From NCBI GenBank assembly GCA_951406725.2, contig OX597815.1:170872001-170936000 (forward strand): a DNA stretch of 64,000 bases. Direction: 5' to 3'. Both the position numbers and the translations under genes were made by a program. Under the pieces are notes generated by a model. The model made no database searches. It was not told the origin of the DNA and saw nothing but the letters and a program-made list of their open reading frames with translations. The DNA is from Octopus vulgaris. Its lineage: Eukaryota. Positions 27,579 to 43,779 of the stretch are shown here, one piece after another (position 1 is the stretch's first letter; the number at the start of each line of letters is the position of its first letter).

Positions 27579-28671
27579 CCAATATAAACAACATTGAATA
27601 ATTAGCCATTGATCGATAAAGTATTTTGGACTTAAGTAAATAAAAATAAAACTTTAATTTGAAGTAATCACCGCTTATACTTCAAAATGTTGGCATCTTA
27701 GTTGTTTCTAAAGTTGTATAAATACACCAAGAAAAAAACAGTATGGTAAGTGAAAAGAAGAAAAGAAGAAAAAATTAAGAAATGTCAGTAAATGTTAATT
27801 GATTATATTAAAATTGAAGAGTTAGTTTCGGAAATATAGTAATTAATATATTAATGCTGCATTATAATTCAATCTAGAACCTCTATATTCAGTGTTAAAC
27901 TCCTTTCCAGATAGGTATACCGCTGCAACTGAGAACTTCATTGATGCCATTTGAAGGAATTAACTTCTAATTAATTAGCTCAGTTAATTAAATTAATATT
28001 TTCCCACAATTACATATCGCTGAACAGACAATATATTCTGTTCAAAGCAGAAATCTAATTTATTGGTTAAGCTTTGCATGGTTGACTTAAATATTAAATA
28101 TTCCACGAGTTGCAGCGTACCATATTTATCAAACGAATATTGAGCTTTCATTTTCCATTTATATTGAATATTTTGCTTCAAAAATTTCATAAATATTGGA
28201 AGTACTTGAAAAAAAAGTCATAACAAGGATGATATTACAATACATGAAAATATAGGTAAAAATAGATGCGTTGAAAAGTATAATAGGACAAGGTGTAAAT
28301 TTCATTAAGAGAATCTGGCAGTTGAAGACTATATATAACTGTTACGAATTGACATTATTAAAACAATTTGAAATAATTATCGAAGATTTTTGCGCTATGA
28401 TAATGAAGTAATTTGTTAGTATTACATGTTGTTATTCTGTGTTGTTTTCATCAGTCATGTACTAATGCATATTTGCATAAAATTTTCGGTACAACTACAT
28501 TTCTGCTTTCTTTTTGCATGCAGATACGAAAATAAATAAGCTATAAATGAGAACATCAAAGTCCTCACAAAATTCTGTATATCAATCTCAGTGACGAATT
28601 TGGGGCGATATTTTAATAACAACTCGGTGATAACTCAATATTGTTTTGTACGTAATAATAAAGGCGTATGT

Positions 28672-28706
<35 letters not shown>

Positions 28707-28946
28707 TGAACACGTGATGCTTACGCTTGAAGTGTATATAGGTGTGTGCTGCAGTGCGTATATGGGTATATGGTTACATATATGTGTGTTAGTGTTTATG
28801 TTCTTATATATATATATAAACATATATATATACACACACATGCATTTATGAACATGCGTGTTTGTGAGTGCGCGTGTGCATATATATATGTATGTGCGTG
28901 TGTGTTTATATATGTATAAGTATTTATCTGTATATATACAGTAACT

Positions 28947-29351
28947 TATAGATACGTATATATATTATATATATATACACACATAATATATATATATATA
29001 TATATACACACTATATATATGTATATATGTATGTATATATATATATATATGTGTATATATATATAAATATATCTATGTATACATATGTGTGTGCGTACAT
29101 ATATATGCATATATACACACACACACACACACACACATATCTATATATATATATATGCAAATATATGTATATATGCGTATATATGCATATATATATATAT
29201 ATAGATACGTATATATATTATATATATATACACACATAATATATATATATACATACTATATATATGTATATATGTATGTATATATGTATATATGTGTATA
29301 TATATATATCTATGTATACATATGTGTGTGCGTACATATATATGCATATAT

Positions 29352-29397
<46 letters not shown>

Positions 29398-29431
29398 AAT
29401 ATATGTATATATGCGTATATATGCATATATA

Positions 29432-29460
<29 letters not shown>
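28947..29460. repeat. About 255-bp tandem duplication of a compound TA/CA microsatellite unit
   Basis: Unique anchors (ATAGATACGTATATATATTA; ATCTATGTATACATATGTGTGTGCGTAC; AAATATATGTATATATGCGT) occur twice in the same order. Confidence 0.75.
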
Positions 29461-29494
<34 letters not shown>

Positions 29495-29708
29495 ATAAAC
29501 GTGTGTATGTTTATATATAGTGTCATCGAGATCCAATATGTTTTCTTGCATGAATATGAAAGTAAACACTCGCGACAGATGTAGTTCACAGTATTTGAAC
29601 AGTAACAGCTTTTACAAAACTTGCGTGTTGACAGCATATTGACTTATGACAAACTTAGAACAACCTGTCATTTTCTTGACTTACCCACATACATTTGCAT
29701 GTGTGTGT

Positions 29709-29742
<34 letters not shown>

Positions 29743-30188
29743 TGTGCTTGTGTATGTGTGTGTGGGAGTGTGTGTGGGATAGAGAGTGGGATAGTGTATT
29801 TATTACCTGTTTTTTGTAATCTCCCTCATAATCACTGATGTTCCTGTGGCAAATTAAAATTCATCATCATCATCATCATCATCATCATAAGTAATAGTAG
29901 TAGCGGCAGCACTACTACTACTACTTTTGCTAACCGCATCTAGGTTGTCTGTCAAGTAATGTTTTCTCATTTGATACAATTGCCACAAGGGAGATAAAGC
30001 TAAATTGCAAGAGTAAAAACTGCTCAAACAGAGAAGCCTTCCTCTGCTGCCGTGTAGATTGTTTAAAACGCTTCTATTGTAAAGACCTTTGGCTGTTGTT
30101 TGTATTTTTTAGTATCTTTCCTATCTACAGAATTTTGTATGGTTAGAAATACTATTGTAACTGTTGAGTAGTTAGAAATACTATTGTA

Positions 30189-30247
<59 letters not shown>

Positions 30248-30271
30248 CAATAATAATATTACAATCATCAT

Positions 30272-31001
30272 TAAGGTGGCGAGATGGCAGAATCGTTAGC
30301 ACGCTGGACGAAATATATATGGCAGTATTTCGCCCGTCGCTACGTTCTGAGTTCAAATTCCACCGAGGTTGACTTTGCCCTTCATCCTTTCGAGGTCGAT
30401 AAAATAAGTACCAGCTGAATACTGGGGTCGATGTAATCGACTCATTCCCTCCCACTAAAATCTTCCCTTGTGGCAAAATTTGAAACATTATTATTATTAT
30501 TATTATTATTACAATCATTAAAGCGGCGAGCTGGCAGAATCGTTAGCTCGTCGAACAAAATGCTTAGCGTCATTTCGTCTGTCTTTACGTTCAAATTCTG
30601 CTGAGGTCGACTTTCCCTTTCATCACTCCGCGTTCGATAAAATACGTACGAGTAAAACACTGAAGTCAATGTATTCGACTAGTCCCTTCTTCCAAAATTT
30701 CAGACCTTCTGTCTTTAGTAGAAATGTTTATTACAATCATTATTATTTCAAAACATTTGTGTTTTTATAAAAAAAATTTAAAAGCGCCGAGTGAGATGGT
30801 ATTTTACAGAAAATCAAGTAAATGTTGAACGCGGAGTAGCTGTGAAAACACCCTTAACGATAAGGTAAATACTCTTGGAAGACGGAAAAAGTGGCTAGAA
30901 AGGCCTACAGATTATCAAACTCTGTACCTCTGGAATTCCAGCTGGGCGCTCTGTACCGTTAATCTAAGGGACCCCTGAAGGGTCTTCATTTTCTTTAAAA
31001 C

Positions 31002-31032
<31 letters not shown>

Positions 31033-31435
31033 GAATTGTTAGAAGATCGGGCAAAAGGCTGACGGTATTTCTTCCTGTTCTTTGGGTTCTGAGTTCACAC
31101 TTAGCTGAGGTTAACTGTGCCTTTCATTTCACCAACATCGATAAATTAAAGTACAACTTACGTTGCTTACATTAGCAACAATTATCATCATCGTTATTAG
31201 TCATTATCATAAGGAGGTAAGCTGGCAGAATAGTTAGCAGGCTGGTTAAAATGCTTAGCAGTATTTCACCCGTCGCTTCGTTCTGATTTCGAATTCCGCT
31301 GAGGGCGACTTAGCTTTGCCTTTCATCCTTTCGGCGTCAATAAACTAAGTACCAGTGAAAGACTTGAGTCGATGTAATCGACTGGGCCCTTCCGAAATTT
31401 CAGGACTTGTGCCTATAGTAGAAAGGATTATTAGT
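30272..31435 (+). mobile_element. Cluster of about four copies of a second tRNA-derived SINE, separated by (TAT)n/(CAT)n
   Basis: Heads AAGG(T/C)GGCGAG(A/C)TGGCAGAATCGTTAGC, B-box GTTCAAATTC and core GCCTTTCATCCTTTCGGGGTCGATAAA.TAAGTACC at about 30272, 30520, 31030 and 31210. Confidence 0.82.
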
Positions 31436-31871
31436 CGATATCAACAACATGATGACGATCATCATCATTATGAACATGAAATCATTCTGGTGAATAATGA
31501 TTTCGGTTGTATAGATATATATATATTTACGATTGGAGTAACTTGTTATAAGTAGTAGTAGTAGTAGCAGTAGCAACAGTACAGATGATGGTGATGACAG
31601 GAAACGAAACAAGGAGACAAGAAAAGAAAGAAGAGCAACTATGTTAGTCCACATTAATTTAAGAGGTTTTGATATCAAATATTAGTATAGTTTAGTTTGC
31701 ATGAAGCATTAGCCAATGTACATATATATGATTTTATTTTTATAAAGCCAAGCCAAAACAAGATTACCTGAAGGAGGAGTCTGTACTTGAAATACTGAAA
31801 TACGAGTTAAAGTACGAACCATTGACCTGTATTATTTCTTACAACATACATTGCTGGGATTTATAAACCAA

Positions 31872-31910
<39 letters not shown>

Positions 31911-32134
31911 TAGATAAATAGATAGGTCACTTCTCTCCAGTTTTCACTATTTGGCTTGTTTGCATAATATTGTTAGTTCAAGTATTAAATATGAAAGTAA
32001 ATTTCTAATACTGTCGGTTCTTGATATATCTGCAATTAGTAATAAAAATGGGCAGTGTAAAGAGAACTTAATGTGAGGTTCTGATATATTTCTTTTAGTA
32101 GTTTGTTTTAATGGTCTGTAAACGTCCCTAATGT

Positions 32135-32425
32135 TGTTGTTCGTTCCTTCTCTAGCGATGCCTGGCTCATAAAGGCTGTTTTCCCAGTTTCATTCATGTA
32201 TAGGTTCCCCCATCTGGACAAGACGTCGGTCCGTTGCAGGTGAGCTGCTAGATGCAGGAGGAAAGAGTGAGAGAACGTTGTGGCGAAAGAGTCAGCAGAA
32301 GTTCGTCATTACCTTCTGCGGGAACCGCGTGGAGCTTAGGTGTTTCGCTCATAAACACACACATCGCCTGGTCTGAGATTCGTACCGACGATCCCTCGAC
32401 CGCGTGTCCGCTGCTCTAACCACTA
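32135..32425 (-). mobile_element. SINE sharing its tRNA head with 8511-8902 but with a different 3' body
   Basis: 32330-32425 is the reverse complement of the 8527-8630 head, and the downstream body differs. It is followed by a triplicated TAACCACTATGC(TT) at 32417-32456. Confidence 0.7.
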
Positions 32426-33849
32426 TGCTTTAACCACTATGCTTTAACCACTATGAATGCATGTATGGCAGTTGTATAAGCCAATACATTACGTTTGGGC
32501 CCAACTGAAGTGAGTGACGTAGAACTGTTGTACTGGGTTTGGTGATGCTTTGTCAGGGTTAATTCCGTATGTTACTTTCTTCTAAAAATCATCCTTGCGT
32601 TCATTTTAAAAGCGGAAACGGTGAATTGTATGTAACCAGATCTAGCAATTGAAAGCTAAAGTAGGCCACTGGTAATGATTAACATTTGATAGGCATCAAT
32701 GAATTTTTTCAGAGAGAACTTTTAACATTTTCTTTGGTATCTCTATAGCACGGTGACCAAAGGACATGAGTTCTCAAGTTGACGAATTCCCATCCTGTCC
32801 AGTGCTGCTGCATCCTTAACAGCATCGACCTCTCCATGGAGGGAAATGAAGTGTCACCAGTGAATGTTGGGAAGGTACACATACCTACACACATAAATAC
32901 ACACACACACGCACATACACATAGATGTTAGAATTCGATCACGAAGTATATGTAAGACTAAAATTGAAATTGCTGTATAATGCCACGAATATGATTTATG
33001 TACATTGTCTCTTGGTGAGCTATAACTGTTGTAGGTACAATAGAAGGCCCTCTTCTATTTGGTACCTTTAAATGTTTCAGAATTATTCATTCGCGTGTAT
33101 GTGTGTGTGTATGTGTGTGTGCGTGCGTGTTTAGAAGGAAGTGATTTTGCATACGATCACTGAATCTTGTGTAGTGCATCTAATATGGATGCGATCTTTA
33201 TTCAGGTTTAACATTTGTAATTAACTATGGGAAAAAACTTAGCAAAGAGGGAAATCCAGTTATTTGACGTCTTACAAATAAAGTTTAGGGCGAAATGTTC
33301 AGTTATGGTTCTAGATGACGAGATAAAGTTAGAGTGACGAAAAGAGCAGAAACAGGTGTTTCAAGTGTGTTTCATTGGGAGTGACGTGGACAGGTTAATT
33401 CAGAAGCGTATCATATTGAAGTTATACTGTAGCTATGAGTGCATTATATTTTGAAAATCAACCAATGACGATTCCTTTACGTAATGTATCTACAATAAAT
33501 TAGCCAGGTAAAGTTAACCCCTTCCCAGTTTTACTTTTGAGAAGATCTGAGTTACATGTTAAAGCACATTCCTTTATTACAATTTTTCTTCTTACACAAT
33601 AGTTACAACCAGGTGAACAATAATCTTAAATGTTCAATATATAGGCCACGGGTACAGCTTTGTAATGATGATGAAATATGAAGAGCCAATCATTTGTCTG
33701 ATAGGCCGACAGGCCCAGTTACATTTCGATATTATTTACAACTTTATTTCCTAGTTGTATGGTTCAGAATTTGATTGATGACGTAGGAAATGGTAAGAAA
33801 TGTACAAAGCTTTATAAAATGGCATTATACCAATGATAAACAAAGAATG

Positions 33850-34050
33850 TTGGCACAAGGCCAGTAGTTTTGGGGCGGAGGAGTAGTCGATTAAACCGAC
33901 CCCGTTACTCAACGGATAGTTATTATATCGATCCCGAAAAGATGAAAGGCAAAAATCGACCTCCGCGGATTTCGAACTCAGAACGTGAAGGCGGACAAAA
34001 TGCTACAAAACATTTTGCTCGTCGTGCTGACGATTCTACCAGCTCACTAG
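33850..34050 (-). mobile_element. SINE (30272 family)
   Basis: Reverse-complement core ATCGATCCCGAAAAGATGAAAGGCAA...TTCGAACTCAGAACG. Confidence 0.75.
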
Positions 34051-35212
34051 CTAGAATTATTTAATATTTGTAAGCATTTCTTCGGTATTCTGAATCGCTG
34101 AATATTGTTGCTAGACAGATTTGTAAATGGGTCGTTACTGAGTGTAAGCTAAGATAGTCGGTATAATCAGTATATTAAATATATTGCAATTCTATGTTTC
34201 AACGAACGCTAATTTATGCCTGATTACCATAGCTAATTTAAATTAGGAAGCAGAATGGAAATTAATTTTTTTTGCAAGATTAAAATACAAATTCTACAGT
34301 TAGGACGATGAATAGTTAGAAATCGATAAGATAATCGTATGAAATAAGGTTACTGATTCTGGTCAGGCTATTCCGTATATCAATCAGAATTATGAACTCT
34401 CTTTCTCTCCCTCTCTCCCTCTCTCTCCCCACACACGTACGCACACACATACACACATACTCATACACACGTTCACTTACACAGATGTACATACACACAC
34501 AAGTACAAATACACATATATATATGCAGAGGTATGAACACTCTCATGCATGTTTTTTTTTTCGATAATTTATCATATTTCAAAATGTTTACAGTTAAAGA
34601 CATTTATTCAATTATCTGAAGTCAATACCCTTCTTGGAGCTACCTTGTTTACATTAATCAAATCAAATTATCAACTGGAAGAGACATTGTTTAGTGTGGA
34701 AGTCATTCATGGTATTATTCAAATCGTATGGTACATATAAAATTAAATTTTCAACTGCTTATGTGTTTATATTAGCCTTATTGTGACAGAAGACAGCGTA
34801 ATAAAAGAGGTATTTGTCATATTTAGAATGGGAGACTTTTATTGGGTAGCGCCGTATTGAAAAGTTTAGTCAAACAGCTTACTTTAACAAAAGGAGTCTA
34901 AAACGTGTTTTTATTGGAAGATAACAGACAAGAAAAGAAATCAATATTTCACAAATTGTTTTGCATTTTGTAGTTGTTCTATTTTTCAGTTTAAATAATA
35001 AATGATCAGGCTATTTATTATTAAGGGCACTTCTTATGTCGTTTTTTATTTAGTAAATGGATTGGACTGTATTTACATAGCTTAACTGAGTATTATTCTG
35101 TCTTTTAACATTGTTTCCTTTTAGTACATTTACCATATTCTGTTTTAGAATACTTTTAGCAGATTATTTCCCATTTAACAGCCTCACAAAACTCAACTAC
35201 GTTTATATATAC

Positions 35213-35273
<61 letters not shown>

Positions 35274-37387
35274 TATATATATAATATTATGTATATATCA
35301 TATATTAGTTATTATATTATATAAATTGCGTGTGCGTGTGAGTGTCTGTGTGTGTATGCGTGCGTGTGCATGCAATAAAAATCGTCTTTATCTATGATAT
35401 AACAATACTTATGAGTAAATAGTCGAGGAATATTTTTGAGTTAAGGGCCTTCAGACAATTCTACTGCTAAGGGCATTCGACTAAGAGAAATCTTGAAAGA
35501 TCCTTCATTGTTTAGGAATGGCGTAGAATAGGTAATTATCATTGAAATTTAGCTTATTTACAAATTAACGTAATTGGGACATACATTAATCCTAGGAAAT
35601 TAGCAACGCCACAGTAGATTATTGAAATAGAATAGTTTAATGTTGTGGTGACGCAGATGAGCGGTAATTTTGCGAATGTGAAAATGCAGTCATGAACGCG
35701 AATAAAGAAAATGCTTAAAAAAGTGCAATACATATTTGGTAACTTAATAAAAGTCAAAGATAGTCTGAACAACCGTCCTAAGCACTGTTCAATTTGCTTG
35801 CAAAACAGAATTATTTGATGATTCTAGCTATACGGTGAGAGGCTTCAACATCAAGCATTTTATACAGATAATTTAAATAACTTTTAAAATGAATAATTGT
35901 TTTAATGCATACCACCCCGTTTGATAGGGTCAACAATATGACCACAGTTTGAATAGAATATATTAAATGCATTCTATTTGAATTTGAAAAGAATAAATTT
36001 GAATAGAATAAATTAAATTTATTGAGAATTTATCGTAAGTTCAATATACATTTGGATAAGAAGAAATAATGTCAACAGTTTTGGATAGGGATCATAGAAT
36101 TTAGTGAAATCTAGTGATAATTATACTACTGAAAACGTATATAAAATTGCTCATTTTAAAACTCCAATTGGATTAGCTTTCTTCGAACAAGGAAGGAGAT
36201 GCCATTTAGAAGTGTGACTAAAAAAGAAAAATATTAAAACGTGTGTACTAAAATACAAAGATAGTATCTGAGAAAAATATGAAAATAGATTAACTAATAT
36301 ATTGAATATATTATATGATGTACTTGTTTGCTCTATTGTTAAGTAATAAATAATATATTGGAATAAGTGAGTTTGTAGACAACTGTTCTTCTGAGAATTG
36401 ACATAATGATAGAATCAAGTAAATTCGCAAGAAGAAAAATGCAGTAGTGGGATAAATTCGGCTCTTTGGCACATAATTATTGGAAGATTACTGACTTATC
36501 AGAGAGCTGAATAAGAGTATAAGAGCATCAGCTGTATTTATAATAGCACCAATAAAATGTCTGAAAAGACACAACTCAGTGACATGTAAAAGTTTCCAAA
36601 TCTAACTACTTAGATATTGGTTGCCAATTGCGTACCATTGTCTGTTAAATATAAATGAAGTTGGTAATGTGTGGTTGGATGAAATATATAATAAAACATC
36701 TAAAGTTATATAGATCACAAAATATTCGTTTTAGCATAATTCACGAATTGTATATAATTCTGCATAAGGCAATGAATGATCTTAGGTTAGGATCTTTTGA
36801 TATTCTTATAGATGGAATTGAGGATCATCATATACAGTTTAAAACAATTTGCAACTAACTACGTGAATATATGATATTGATTTTTCAAACATATACAATG
36901 TACTTCACTGGTGCTGGCTGTGATAGCTCATGTTTAGTATACCGAATGGTATTTTCTTTCTTTTTATTTTTCATTTTTGTACCGCTGCCCACATACAGGG
37001 GATGAAGTTATGCGGTTGATTTGAATTCAGTTTTCAAAGTGTTTGGCTGTAGGAAGACACGTCGTGAGCACGGGATGATTTTAGCTCAACACAATGATAT
37101 ATACCGCTTACAACGAATAAATGCAGTAACAAAGAGCATATAATTAAGTAGACTGGCCTACTTAGGTTACCTTCATTGTAATCGTATCAGAACGGCAATA
37201 GTGAGACACAGACAGTAGGCCTTTTGCTAGTTACTTCACTATCAAGGTAAACACCTAATTAGAAATCTCTGCGACAGTATCAAGAATCAAGACAGGGAAC
37301 TTTATATATATATATATATACATACATACATATACATATATATATATATATATATACATATATACATATACATACATACATATACAT

Positions 37388-37443
<56 letters not shown>

Positions 37444-39029
37444 GTATGTATGAATGTATATGTATATGTGTTTGTGTGTGCGTGTGCATATATATTTGTG
37501 TGAGGGTGTGTATGTATAAATAGATGGATAGAAAGTGATATATACATACGTACGTACGTATTTATTTACATATGAGTGCATTGATGATTATTTTGGTCTG
37601 CAAAAGTAAACAATTCTCCTAGTAAATTTAGTTGAGAGTAAATAGCTATATGTTAAGCTTTATTTCAAGTATATGTCGGTTAGCACTGCAGAGTATTTCG
37701 ATCGTTAACATGTGAAAAAAAGACTTAAATAAAATTTGATATCCTACTGAATTACTTTTATATTACAGTTAAAACAATTTTAGTTGATTTATTTGATATT
37801 GAGTCTACATTTAAATAGGATACGCGTAAGTGGCGAGTCGAAATCATTCATCTGAATATTATCAATGGGTTTTTACAAAGTGGACGATAAATTTAATAAT
37901 TTGTTGGTTATTAATAATTATAAATAAAATTATTTATTGACTTCAAGTATACGAAACTGAGAAATAGGTCATTGACAGATGAGCGACTAAGCAGGCTCTT
38001 CAAGGATAATCATCATAGATTATCTTCAACATCCAGGCTGAAATATACTATTAGTTACAAAATACTTCATGTAACATCATTAATCATTTCTTTGCTGCTA
38101 ATTTAGTTTTATTGTGTGTGTTCTTCCATTTTTCTTGAAAGGATAATTGATATTAAATCTATGTATTAACTCTCAATACTACTAAGTTCAGGCATACTTT
38201 TATAAATATATTGATTGTGCTATTTTACTTTTAGTAGCGACAACGAGTCACAATTCTAGTATTGAAGACTTGGGATGTTTAGTCATATTGTAATAGATAT
38301 ATAATTGTGACCGCAAGCTGAAATAATTTGAAAACAGTTATTATTTAGTTTATATATGACACCATTTTAAGCAAAAATGATATATAATACTCTAAAATGG
38401 CTATAATTTTCTACTTTTATTAAATGTTTATAGGAAAGCCGATAGGTAAATTCTGATGAAATACCTATCATAATAAATGATAAGTAAATCGATAGAAAAC
38501 ATAATCATTGAAAAGTAGTAGCAACTACATAGTATTCAGAAAAGACTATTTTGGTTTATGTATCAATTAACTTTTTCACATTCGTAGTAGAAGTTGGACA
38601 TAGCGTTGTCAGTTATCGAAACATGGTTATTGCAACTTCCCAGTTGTATAATTAACGCTTACACATTGTCTCAAACCCACATTACATATTTGGGGGTAGA
38701 TGGTTTTCGTCTGCACGTTAAATGAATAGAACCATTTAAAATTTTGGAGGAACAAAAAATGATAGAACAAGAGCAACATCCCAGCTGCAAGTTTGAGTAA
38801 GTTGAGAGATAAACTATTCAAAGCATTAATGTATTAAGAATTTTTTTTTTCGATCTCATACTTTCAATGTATAAGAAAGAACGAACTAGTAAACAAAGAT
38901 GTTGCGACTAAGAATATAATTTTAAGGAACGTATTTTAAACATCAGGAATAAATATCCTCATGAAGAGGTAACAATTCAAAGAAAAACTGGAATGTCTCC
39001 AAAACGAAAATGTTTATCATCTTCTTAAT

Positions 39030-39074
<45 letters not shown>

Positions 39075-40516
39075 CACAGGCACACAAACACACACACACA
39101 CACATATATATATGTAACAATTTGATGACTTAAATGTAAAAATTGTTGAGTGACACAAGTAAACACGTGAAAATATCTAAGTAACTTCAAGAACGATATG
39201 TAAAAGAGATTTTAAGACAAAAAAAATAAACCAGCTTACTTATCCTTACATATTTAACTCTCACTGTTAAAGCACATATTTTAAAGTTAAGACGACAGTT
39301 AGCCATAAGTAAAAACCACGAATCATATACCAATTATACTCATTAACTGAATGGACAATAACATTAAAAAGAACAATATGCTGAGGACAAAATTAAGAGC
39401 CTGCACATGACATGAATGAATGTAAGGTGGATGAGCTTGTAGTATTTATTCAACAGCATTGCTTTGACAGGAATGCTTTTTAGATTGACTTAATTATTTA
39501 ACCTCACGCATTCGTTTATACTGCCAATAAAGCACTTTTAAATAATTTATGTATTTACCCGCCAAACATTATCTGAAAATGAACGTTTTGGCTTTGGAGA
39601 TATATTTCAATATAATATGCAAATAGATTCTACCTTTACATGCTTAACATAAAGCTATCGATATGTGTGTGTAAATATATATATATATTTGTGTGTGCAC
39701 GTATGCGGATGTATGTGTGTGTGTGTGTTGATATGTTCGTGTATTTGTGAAGTGCATAGGCGTGTTTAGTTCAATAGTCGCTCAGCGAGTGATTCATCTG
39801 TTCTTAGCACAACTATAAGGAGGATTATACAATAATTATCCCCTGTTGACAGTTTTAAGAACAATTAAAAACAGATGAGCTTCTTGTTGAGCAAATATTA
39901 AGATAAGAAATAACCTGTACATTAATTAATGTGTTGAAAACTTAAGAGGAAATGCGAGATAAACTTATAGAAATAATTCTAAGGTTCAAATATTCACAAT
40001 CATATACCTATGTGTGTATGCCTGTGATGAGTGTGTGTATGTGCATGTGCGTCCTTGCGTGTGTGTATGTGTGTGTGTATTTGCTTTTTAATTGATGTTA
40101 CTGTGTTGTATGTATGTAAATGCATTGCTTCCGATCGCACATTCTCCATTGAGAACCGGTTTTAGAGAGAAAATTGTTACTAACAGATACAATGTCAAAT
40201 GAAATTATATAAATTAGATGAAATATAGTAAACATTACAAAGTCCTTATAATCTCAGTAAATACGAAGTCAAAAACAATACTGAGGAAAGAAAAATATAT
40301 AATACAGTGTCTTTAGCTTCAGAGGGATATAATTATTACTTTTAAAAAAATTCTCGATTTAAGCATTTCTATTTTTGTTTCATTTATATTTTATTCATCA
40401 AATATTTCCTCCTATGTTTACCTTCTGTCAATGAGGACACCAGTCAATTATCTTGGCATCATATATATCTACAGAAATTGGAATTTCTAAGTATTGCATA
40501 TATATGAGAGATTTAG

Positions 40517-40563
<47 letters not shown>

Positions 40564-40763
40564 TACACACACACATATAAACGTTATATTATAATTTATA
40601 ACGTCTTGCATATGTAATAAAGAAAACAAGTAAAAAAGCAAATGTAAAATTCGGTTAAAGAAATTAGTTGCAATGCGTATAATCACTACGCATACTTTTC
40701 GGATATAGACAGGCATATATCCTTACTCATTCATATACATACATATATATATATATACATATG

Positions 40764-40814
<51 letters not shown>

Positions 40815-40835
40815 TTATTCATATATATACATATG

Positions 40836-40878
<43 letters not shown>

Positions 40879-42152
40879 TACAGTTATTTATATTTAAACA
40901 TTTTATAAAAGGCAGATTTTGGCTGGAAAATAAAATTTTAAATTAATAAGTAGATTTTTATGACCTTTTGCAAAAGTAATTTAGCTTACCAAAACTTGTT
41001 AATATTGAAGATATAACCAAACCGCCATTTGATTTGAATTTGAAAAAAACTGGATTTTTTTCAAACATTTTATGAAAGCAATAAAATGTATTTTTAATTT
41101 TTAAAAAATATCTAGAAAAAAATTAATTAAACTGATAATTATATCTGGAGATTCCTTTTAATGGATTTGCTTTAAGTAATCCATACACATGCACATCAAA
41201 CATACCTAGTTGAAACACGCACACACACACATACACACATGTATTTATATACTTATACATACAAATAGTTATACATATATATTTATTCATATATATACAT
41301 ACATACACATATATATGTATGCGTGTTTTTTTAGTGTCCATGCTTTACGAGTATAGAATAGCAATTTTATATTTTGTTTAACGCCTGTTAAAAATTACCA
41401 ACTCTTTGGGGAATTATTCCGAACAGTACATCTAACTATCAGCACCTCTTTTCCTCATGTCACAACACCAATGATCACCAGAACGTGAATGAAAATTGAA
41501 AACTTTATTAATTTATATAATTATGAAATTAATAAATTCACTCGTCCTGTATATGCGGTGAGTCAATATTGATATTTCACTATTTATTTGTTTGTTTCGT
41601 TTACCATATGCATTTTTTGATGCGTTTCAATTTTGTTCAGGTTTTAAATTATTTGAAATGTTTTGAAAGACTCTACAGTATGACTTTTGGTTTGGAAGCC
41701 TTGCGTAGTTTAAACCCTGAATATCTCATTTAACATTTGGGATGTCACAATTGCAGTTTTTAAGATACTACCATACAACAACGTCTGCTAATTGCACGAG
41801 ATATGAAAAAAAAATTAGATAAATCAAAACAGTGTCAATCTTTTTCTAAAAACAAAACAAAAATCAATCTACAGTGTTTGTTTTTAGTCATTAATCTCCT
41901 TTTAGTTAAATATGTTGGAAAATCCTTACAGGCTGTTCAATGTTGAAAAATTTCTTAATCTACTTTGTAATCTTTTGGAGAGGTTAATCATTTGATAATT
42001 GTTGTATTATCTCAGGTAATGATCTGTTCTTTATAGATATGTGTGTATGTATATATAATGTACATATATACCTATGTATATATAGATGTGTACACACATA
42101 TATAAATATTACATGTAAACATACATACATATACATACATATATATATATAC

Positions 42153-42198
<46 letters not shown>

Positions 42199-42612
42199 GT
42201 ATGCATGTATACACACATATATGTATATAAGTATACACATAAATACATAATGCATAGCTCATTTTACCCAACAGATACATGTTGGAGACTTGAACCTGAT
42301 GTTGTTTCATTTCTCATTAAGGTAACTTGAATTTAGTGGTATGTTATACACCTATACTGATGATTGACCGTTAAAGGACTTAAGTATCCTCTCAAAGTTT
42401 CCAAAAAGATCAGATATAGTTTTTCGTTTGATACAACTATCATCAACGTCATGAACATTAAATTGAATTTACTATTTAATATGTCGCGGAGTTTCCCTTT
42501 CTGATCTACCTTCCCTAAATCATAAGTTTCTTAGACACCATGGAGCGACCGAAATGCAAAACACCAAGGAAGTAGTACTACATTTTGGTCGCTTTATATA
42601 TACGTGAGTGTG

Positions 42613-42648
<36 letters not shown>

Positions 42649-43310
42649 TGTGTGTGTGAGTGTGTGTATATTATCTCCAACTATTATATAAGCAGTTTTA
42701 TGATATGGTGAGAACATTTTACATACCTATGAATTAAAAATAATGTTCGATTATTCGATTTCACTTTTGAAATACCTTTCCCTTGAAACATATATCGATA
42801 CCACTTGTAATAAATAAATATAAGTTATACAATTAACACTATAATTAAATATTATTTTCACATTACAGTTACACAAACGTCTTAGATGTAATACATTTTA
42901 TATATATTTTTTAATGTAGATCTCTGAAACCTATTCTCGATGTCCTGCACATATTTAAACTGGACGGTGATTTGAAACAGTTTCAAAATCAACATTTCAA
43001 ACATTAATTATTCAACTTTCGAACTTTATTTGATGTAGTTTGACCATTATGCTTCATCAACTCAATTTACTATTTAACTTCACGAGCAAAAGTATACATA
43101 TTTACAACATATATACATATATATGTGTGTGTGCTTATATATATGTATATATATATATATATACATATTCATACATATATATGTTACTGTATGATTTATT
43201 ATCTTGAATGGGTTACAGAGTTTAATGAGTTTATATGATATAAGTACTGACTACTTAGGCCCTTCTTTGTTAAATTGTATTCCAAATTTACGCATTATTT
43301 ATTATTTCTA

Positions 43311-43341
<31 letters not shown>

Positions 43342-43779
43342 TATTATTATTTTTATTATCACCATTATTATCATCATAGTCGTCATCATCGTCATCATCC
43401 TTATTATTTCATTATTATTATCTTTGCTAATGATATTATTATAATTATCTTTATTATCGCTGTTTTTTTTATGTTTTATATGTTTTGTTGATTTTGTACT
43501 TGCTTGGTGATGTTTTATTGTATTACTACTTAAAACACTCATGTCTTTAATTTTCCTTAAAAAGACTTTTTTTTTTTCGACTCTGTTTAACCTGAAAATT
43601 TAATATCACAGAAAGAATTCACATTTTTGTTTTAAATTTTCATATAGATCCAATCCAAATATTTCTTTCTCTGCCACTTGAAGCCATTTCGAAGATGTTT
43701 TCCATTCCAATGCAGACATAGTGCTAGCTGTCTAATTTCATATAAGTTTTGGGACAGCTAACAGAAAAGCATATTTTGT

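Noticed and set aside
38440-38470. Hairpin GATAGGTA...TACCTATC enclosing CTGATGAAA
   Set aside because: The core boxes overlap and there is no three-way junction. A short hairpin like this is expected by chance.
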